Part shown: piece by piece, positions 52,570-60,000 of the stretch
How the letters are laid out: each line of letters opens with the position of its first letter
Numbering within the stretch: the first letter of the stretch is position 1
DNA from: Felis catus
Lineage: Eukaryota
NCBI RefSeq assembly: GCF_018350175.1
Contig: NC_058369.1
Coordinates: forward strand, 11,720,001-11,780,000
Reading direction: 5' to 3'
DNA length: 60,000 nucleotides
Notes under the pieces: model-generated
Database searches by the model: none
Seen by the model: the letters and a program-made list of their open reading frames with translations, nothing else
Told to the model about the DNA's origin: nothing
Program-made: the position numbers and the translations under genes

Positions 52570-54418
52570 TGGGTTTTTTTATTTTTAAAGTTTATTTATT
52601 TATTTTGAGAGAAAGGGTGCACTCACACAAGTGGGGGAGGGGCAGAGAGAGAGAGGGAGAGAGAGAAAATCCCAAGCAGGATCTGCACAGTCAGCACAGA
52701 GCCTGATGCAGGGCTCAAACTCATGAACCATGAGATCACGACCTAAGCTGAAGTTGGCCGCTTAACCAACTGACCTACCCAGGTACCCCTGAAGCAAAAT
52801 TTTAAGTGAAACTAACAGAGTGTAGTAACAGGATGTTTGCCATTTCCAGTGTGCTTTGGGACAGAGAACAGAGACATTGATTAATTCAATAAAAGTCTGG
52901 TAAATGGATGGCAACTCAGTGATCATCCCCACTTGGAAGTTATGAGTCATCTCAGACTCACTGTGTCTAAACCAAATTCTTCATTTTCACTCCAGACCTG
53001 CTCCTTTGCTGATCCAAAAAGTGGCTTCATTGACTTGGTCTGCAGACAAGTGCCTTTTTAAAGCTGTTTTTTTGGTCATTTAATCTTACCGCAGTGCAGT
53101 TGAACACATAAAGAGATTACTTTGGAATTCATTGAGTGTTTTTTGGACCAAATACATGATTAATTTCTATAAATATTCCCGATGTGCTTGAAGAAAATGA
53201 GTCTTTTCCTCCCTGGGTGTACATTTCTCTCTCTATTTTATAGCTCAAGCTTTTTTTAAAAACAAGTTTTTATTCATTCATTCATTCATTCAGAGCTTGA
53301 GCATGAGTGGGGGAGGGGCAGAGAGAAAGAGGGAGGGAGAGAGAGTCTTGAGCAGACTCCACCCTCAGCGCAGAGCCTCATTTGGGGCTCAAATTCAGGA
53401 ACAGTGAGATCATGACCTGAGCCGAGACCAAGAGTCAGACACTTAACCAACTGAGCCACACAGGTGCTCCATAGTTCAAAGATGCAGTATTTAGGTAATA
53501 GATTCCTTAGTCTGAGTCTTGTCTGCTTTAGTTGTCAATTTTTAAGATAAAAAAAAGCTCCAAGTATTGGAATTGATGCTACTGTGGGTTACCATTTACT
53601 GCTTTACGTATGATGAGTTTATGTCTACTGACAATCTTTTTGACCCCTTAAAAATAGATAGCATCTTTGTGACATAAGATACTTTTCCCTTTAATTGTGT
53701 CAGATATTGATAATAGGATTGCCACCCCAGGTTTAATATTTGTTGGCTATATCTTTTGTCTATTTTCTAAAATATGAGGTGATATTCATATAAAATTAAC
53801 AATTTTGAAATGAACGGTTCTGTGGCACTCAGCAAGTTCACCATGTTGAACAACTATTGCTTGTATCTAGTTCCAGAACATTTTCATCACCTTAAAAGAA
53901 AACCCTGTTCCTAGTGAGTAGTCACTTTCCATTCCCTTTTTTCTAAACCTTTCCATATTCTTATGTTTTAATTGAGTGTCTTGTATACACCATAATGTAA
54001 GACATTTCTTTCTTTTTTTTTTTTAAGATTTTATTTTTAAGGAATCTCTACACCCAACATGGGACTTGCACTCACAACCCTGAGATCAAGAGTCGCATGC
54101 TGCACTGACTGAGCCAGCCAGGAACCCCAAGACATTTGTTTCTTATTTAAATCAAATCTAAAAACTCTCTTTTAACTGGTGATTCTAACCCAATTACATT
54201 TACTCGTACATTAGGAGTAATTCTTACATGAGAAGTTTATTGCCACTGGGGTGTCTGGGTGGCTCAGTTGGTTGAGCATCTGACTTCAGCTCACATCATG
54301 ATTTTGCGGTCTATGGGTTTGAGCCCCACCTCGGGCTCTGTGCTGACAGCTCAGAGCCTGGAGCCTGCTTCAGATTCTGTGTCTCCCTCTCTCTCTGCCC
54401 CTCCCTGCTTGTGCTCTG

Positions 54419-54452
<34 letters not shown>

Positions 54453-55434
54453 CCTCTCTCAAAAATAAATAAATATTTTAAAAAGTTTATTGCCCCTGAC
54501 TTTTCATATTTTCTATCCACTGTGTATTCTTTTTAAATTCTTTTCTTTTTCCCATATATACCTTTTGGATAGGTCAAGGGTGGATGATGAGCCAATATTA
54601 TGTAGCTGGTAAAAAGTTATGATGTCTACAGAGAAGCATAGGGCATGTATGTAATAGCAACATACTTCTGTAACTAGTGTCTAAATATTTATGCATGAGT
54701 ATAAGAATTGAAGGTCAGTATAAAAATGTGGTCATGTGATTCTCACAGGTTTCTTTGAAGAGGTCATTTAAAAATTATTTTTGGAAGGGGGGCACCTGGG
54801 TGGCTCAGTGGGTTGAGCTTCCGAGGTCGGCTCAGGTCATGATCTTGCGATTTGTGAGTTCGAGCCCTGCATTGGGCCCTCTGCTGTCAGCACAGAGCCC
54901 ACTTCAGATGGGCTCCCTCTCTCTCTGTCTCTCCCCAACTTGTGGTCTCTCCTAAATAAATGAACATTAAAAAATTGTTTTCAATTCCACTATACTTACC
55001 ATACAGTGTTATATTACTTTCAGGTGTACAATACAGTGATTCAACACTTGTTTCCGTTCTCATCACAAGTGCACTCCTTAATCCCCTCTGGTGGCTACCA
55101 GTTTGTTCTCTGTAGTTAAGAATCTGTTTTTTGGTTGGTCTCTCTATTTTAAAGATGTCATTTTTAAAGTTGGCCAGGCAGAATGGCATTAAGGAAAGAA
55201 AACTAATTTAAAAAAAATTTTTTTTAATGTTTATTTATTTTTGACAGAGAGAGAGAGAGAGACAGGGCATGAGTGGGGGAGGGGCAGAGAGAGAGGGAGA
55301 CACAGAATCTGAAACAGGCTCCAGGCTCTGAGCTGTCAGCACAGAGCCCGACACGGGGCTCGAGCTCACGGACCGCGAGATCGTGACCTGAGCTGAAGTC
55401 GGACACTTAACCGACTGAGCCACCCAGGTGCCCC
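52570..55434. mobile_element. Can-SINE cluster (about 52570-52790 -, 53260-53470 -, 54010-54128 -, 54247-54485 +, 54788-54975 +, 55205-55434 -)
   Basis: SINE consensus matches and TSDs (tgaagcaaa, aagtttattgcc, aagaaaactaattt). Confidence 0.85.
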
Positions 55435-56055
55435 AAGAAAACTAATTTTAAACACAGTAACATTGGGATTTAAGTGCCAGCAGAACCCTAGCTTAGGAGC
55501 CTCAAAGAGGGTTATAAAGCTCTGATAGCCCCAGGACCATAGGAAATAGAAACCACTCAACAATCCTGATTTTTCTTTTCCCTTCCTGTTGGATCCAATT
55601 CTTAACTTCAAAATTTAAATGAAAAGTAAATAAAAGTGTTGGGAAGTGACCTTTCCATTAACTCTAAAGGAATCTCAAGAATGACCACATTTGGGAGGGG
55701 CTATAGGACATTGGAGGCTAAAGTGACACGAGGACAGGAAGCATGGCGCCCGGAAGCAGCCCAGGGAGTGTCCATGACCTTGGAAAGAAGATCACTTTTG
55801 GAGAGGCAGCTTACCGCTATTCCCTTCTCACCTAGATGCCTAGATTCTCTTTCCCACATTTTATTTCATGATAAACCATCTACAGATCTGTCTCTGTGCT
55901 GATTCGGGAAAGAAGAGAAATGTGGGAGGTCTGAAGGGCAGCAGCAGTTTCCTTTCAAGGACAAAGGAGAATGACTGAGAGTAGTGGGGGCAGCTCAGGG
56001 CACCTGCTGTGTCTGAGGGCTGCACTGAAGCTCCTGGCCCAGGGAGCCAAACCTC

Positions 56056-56754
56056 TGATGAGGTTTTGGGGTGATGGGGGGCTCGTGGGGTCTGGAGCTG
56101 ACGGCCAAGAAAGAATTCTGGAAGACTTCTTTGGTGCAAAAAAGGTGATTTTATTAAAGCATGGGGACAGGACCCATGGGCAGGAAGAGCTGCATTCGGG
56201 TCCTGATGGGTACCTCATTATATACCCTCTGGTTGGGAGGGGGTCAGGGATAGAGTAAGTCTCTAAGGAATTTTGGAAGCAACCTTTCCAGGACCTAGCT
56301 GTTGCTAGGGAAGTGCCACTAATTACCATTTAATACAACCTCAGTCATGAGACCCTTTATATGTATATCAGGGGCCATAAACTTGGAGTATGATTGCCAG
56401 CATATATCCTGGGGCAGTTGAGATAAAGGAAGTTGAGTCACAGGATCATTGAGGTTGGGATAATGTTAAACAGAGGTTCTCTTTTGCCCCCAGCAAAGTG
56501 TCATCTTCGAGGCAGCTGAACTCCTAGAGGGAGGTCACTTTGCTGGTTTCAAGGACGTGTCAATGGGCTGTAGGCAGTAAGGGAGTTTAGTTTTTCATTT
56601 GCCTTAGTTTCCCCAGCACCATGGTAAGCACTTAAACCCCTTCCCTTTGTTCTTGGGTAGCCGGGAGTGTCTGAGGAATATCACGTAGATCCCACCTGGG
56701 AGTGTGTATGCCAGCCTGCATTTTGCCCTCAGTCTGCTTCATACTCCCTCATCA
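56056..56754 (-). mobile_element. Solo ERV LTR (699 bp), probably ERV1 class
   Basis: TGATGAGG...CCTCATCA inverted termini, 4-bp TSD CCTC. Confidence 0.85.
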
Positions 56755-58304
56755 CCTCCAGCCAGGCTGCAGGAAACAAGTGAGATAAGACTTGGCCAAT
56801 GTACACCTTTACTCCACCCAGACAAGCTGGATTATAGGTTTATGGCTCTTCTCCTTTGACCCCATTAGCCTCTGCCCCTAACATTCCTTTGTATGGAAGG
56901 CTCAGTTATGTGTGGAGAATTTTAAATCATTTCCATAAGTCATGCTTTAGTCTAGGATCCAGCATCCAGGCAGAAGGAGGCCAGGTGGATGTGCCCATCT
57001 CTTCTGCCTTATCAGGAAGAAAATGAGTATCAGAAAATTCACTACCTAGTGAGTCAGAGGGTGAACCTGGAAATCCTCTGGTGAGCGTGTATCTGTGGGG
57101 AACAGGCAGCTCTTCTCTGCTGCCTGTCCTCCCTTGAATGAATTTCCCTCAGGATGATGGGAACAAATTCCTTTGTTCTTTGCCCGACAGAGACTCTGAT
57201 CCTCTGATGGTCACTTTCCTCAGCATTATTCCGACAAAGGAGAAAAGACTGGCCTGCTGGGACCCGGGTTGACTGGAGTGACCCATGTGCCCCCAGTGTC
57301 CCCCTCACAAATGAAGGAGCCCACCAAGCTGGGGGAGAGATTGGCGGAAGAAAAGATGGCCATCGGGATGGGACAGCCTGACTGCTGTCAGGATGGGGTG
57401 GGAGGCAGCGGGGAGCTGTACCCTCCTCTTGGTCCCCAGCTTGGGAGGTACTTCCTGTGATCCACCCCTGGAAGTTGGAGCCAGACCCAGCAGGATTGAG
57501 AGCTTCCCTAACAAAGAGCAGGGAGTGAACAGGGTCAGAACACGGGTCAGAACGGAAGCAGGCAGTGTGACAGTGAGAACACAAGCCCTGGGGTCAGGCA
57601 CAGCTGGTTCAAATCCCAGCACTTGGCTGTGGGTGAGGGAACTAAACTCTGAGCCTCAGTTTCATCATTTGTGTGGTGGGGACTCTAGATGAACCCATCT
57701 CAGAGGCTGCTGGAAGCAGTTTCTGAGAAGACTCAAGGGCAGTGTTTACTTCAAGGACTGGCACACGGAATGGTGTTCTTATTCATAAACCATGGCCACC
57801 TGTAGGAAGAAGGGCATCATGGTGTGTGGAGGGTAGAGGATGGGCTTGGGGAAGTGTCTGGAAGCACTAATGAGAAGACTAAGGGAGGAGAGGAGAACTT
57901 CTAGAAACAGAAGAGCAGCTCACAGGCCGGCAGACCTGGATCTGGCCCCTGGCAGTGGCAGCAAGGCTGTCCTCCTTCCCCTGAGGCCGGCCTTACCACC
58001 CCCAAGCTCCCCCGTGTCAGCTACTGGCAGTGCAGCTGAGCTCACTGGGGGAAGTTTCTGGCTTCCTGAATGGGGAACACAGGCCAGGCAGAGGACGGGG
58101 TGGAGAGACCCGGTCTGGGGACAATAAGTGGTGGGGGCTGGGCCAATTCCCCCTGATCCTTGGGTGTCAGATATCTGGGCTGGAAGGGGGAGGCAGACTT
58201 CGGATCTGGTGGGGTTTGAGGGTTCAGAGAATCCTGGAGCCAGACTGGAGGCTGAGGACCATGCATTTGCTCTCTCCCCACACCTCCCAGACCTGAAGAT
58301 GCTG

Positions 58305-60000
58305 CTCAGTGGGTACATGAAAAGATTCTCATCATCACTAATCAACAGGGGAATGCAAACCAAAACCACATTGATGTACAGACTTGTCCTATCACCATGC
58401 CGTATACCTGAACCGATTGTAACCTTATATGTCAACTATATGTCAATTTAAAAAATAAATTAAGGGCACCTGGGTGGCTCCGTCGGTTAAGCGTTCGACT
58501 TCGGCTCAGGTCTTGATCTCACGGTTGGTGGGTTGGAGCCCTGCGTTGGGCTCTGTGCTGACAGCTCAGAGCCTAGAGCCTGCTGTGGATTCTGTGTCTC
58601 CCTCTCTCTCTGCCCCTCCCCTGCTTGTGCTCTGTGTCTCTTTCTTGCTGAAAAATAAATAAATATTAAAAAATTAAAAAATAAATTAATTTAAAAACCA
58701 CATTGAAATGTCACCTCACACATGTTAGAAAGGCTATTGTCAGAAAGGTAAGAGATCACAGTGACTCTCGAGGATGTGGACTAAGGGGAACCCTTGTGCA
58801 CCCTTGGTGGGATTGGAAATTGCTGCAGTCACTCCGGAAAACAGTATGGAGGTTCCTTAAGATATTAAAACTAGAACTACCAGGTGATCCAGAAATCTCA
58901 CTTCTGGGAATTTATCTGGAGGAAGTGAAATCACGATCACATGACATATGAACCTGTGTGGTCATTGTTTCATCACTCACAGTGGCCAGGACACTGAAAC
59001 AACCTAGATATAATGTGTACTGGAGTGTACATATATTCCCATGTATACTGATGGGGTTTTGGGGTGATGGTGGGTGTCCAGAGCCAATGGCCAAGAAAGA
59101 ATTCTTGAAGACACCTTTGGTGCAAAAAGGTGATTTTATTAAAGCACATTTACAGAACCCGTGGGCAGAAAGAGCTGCACTGGGGTTGTGACGGGTAACT
59201 GGTTATATACCTTCAGGTTGGGAGGGCATCAGGGATAGAGTAAGTCTCTAAGGAATTTTGGAAGCAAGGTTTCTAGGACCTTGAGGGGCTAGCTGTTGCT
59301 ACGGAGACACCATTTGTTATTGTTTAGTAAAACCTCAGTCATGAGACCCTTCAGATGTGTATCAGGGGGCATAAGCTTGGAGTATGGTTGCCAACATATA
59401 CTTGGGGATGAAAAATAAAGGAGGTTAGCCAAGGAATTTTTATATGTTAAAGGAGACTCACAGGATCCTGGGGAGTCAGGATAACGTTAAGCCAAGATTC
59501 CCTTTTGCCCCAGCAAAGTGTCATCATAGAGGCAGCTGAGCTCCTAGAGGGAGGTCACTTTGCCCATTTCAAAGACTTGTCAGTGGGCTGTAGGTGGTAA
59601 GGGAATTTGATTTTTCATTTGCCTTAGTTTCCCACATCACCACGGCAAGCACATGAACCCCTTTCCTTTGCTCTTGGGTAGCCAGGAGTGTCACACATAT
59701 TCCCGGTGGTAGTGGTGGGGGGGGCAGTGTGTTAGCTTGTACTTTGCCCTCAGTTTGCCTTATGTTCCCTCATCATATATGATGGAATATTACTCAGCCA
59801 TAAAAAGAAGGAAGTCCTGTCTTCTATGACAACATAAATGACCTTGAAGGCATTATGCTTAGTAAAATAAGTCAGGGAAAGGCAAATGTTGTATATGACC
59901 TCACTCATACACGGAATGTAAAAAAACGTGAAGTCATAGAAAAGGAATAGATTTGTGGTGGCCAGGGGTCGGGGGTGAGGGGAATGTAATTTCGTCAAAG
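58305..60000 (+). mobile_element. Old L1 3' fragment interrupted by a Can-SINE (about 58464-58690) and the solo LTR
   Basis: L1 motifs atgaaaagattctcatcatcacta, ggaaaacagtatggaggttcct, tggaatattactcagccataaaa. Confidence 0.75.
59049..59775 (-). mobile_element. Solo ERV LTR (727 bp), same family as 56056-56754, inserted in an L1 fragment
   Basis: TGATGGGG...CCTCATCA termini; colinear with the first LTR; flanks tatac/tatat. Confidence 0.85.

Noticed and set aside
57054..58300. Possible exon or promoter of a further gene in unique-looking sequence
   Set aside because: No recognisable protein similarity or convincing splice-site pair by eye
56056..59775. A full provirus bounded by two LTRs
   Set aside because: Separate flanking duplications and no internal retroviral coding sequence

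Overview
Mammalian genomic DNA, almost certainly from a cat-family species (many feliform Can-SINEs and carnivore L1 3' ends). The window holds two intact, tandem, + strand CYP4F cytochrome P450 genes about 28.7 kb apart. Gene A has its CDS at 4281-20850 and gene B at 32988-50908. Each encodes 522 aa with canonical GT-AG junctions, ESLR and FSAGPRNCIG motifs. Gene B is CYP4F3-like and has two intact 145-nt mutually exclusive exons (CYP4F3B-type and CYP4F3A-type). Gene A has a dead copy of exon 3 and uses a third, different 145-nt exon (X). Intronic anchor sequences suggest an ancestral three-exon cassette (3-X-4) that was reciprocally pruned in the two paralogues. The genes are a patchwork of near-identical tracts (probable gene conversion) and diverged tracts. 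One near-identical tract covers the I-helix, so both genes read FMFGGHDTT and lack the heme-esterifying Glu typical of CYP4F2/CYP4F3. The rest is SINEs, L1 fragments, solo LTRs and simple or degenerate tandem repeats. All alignments were done by eye, and repeat family names are from recognition, not database searches.
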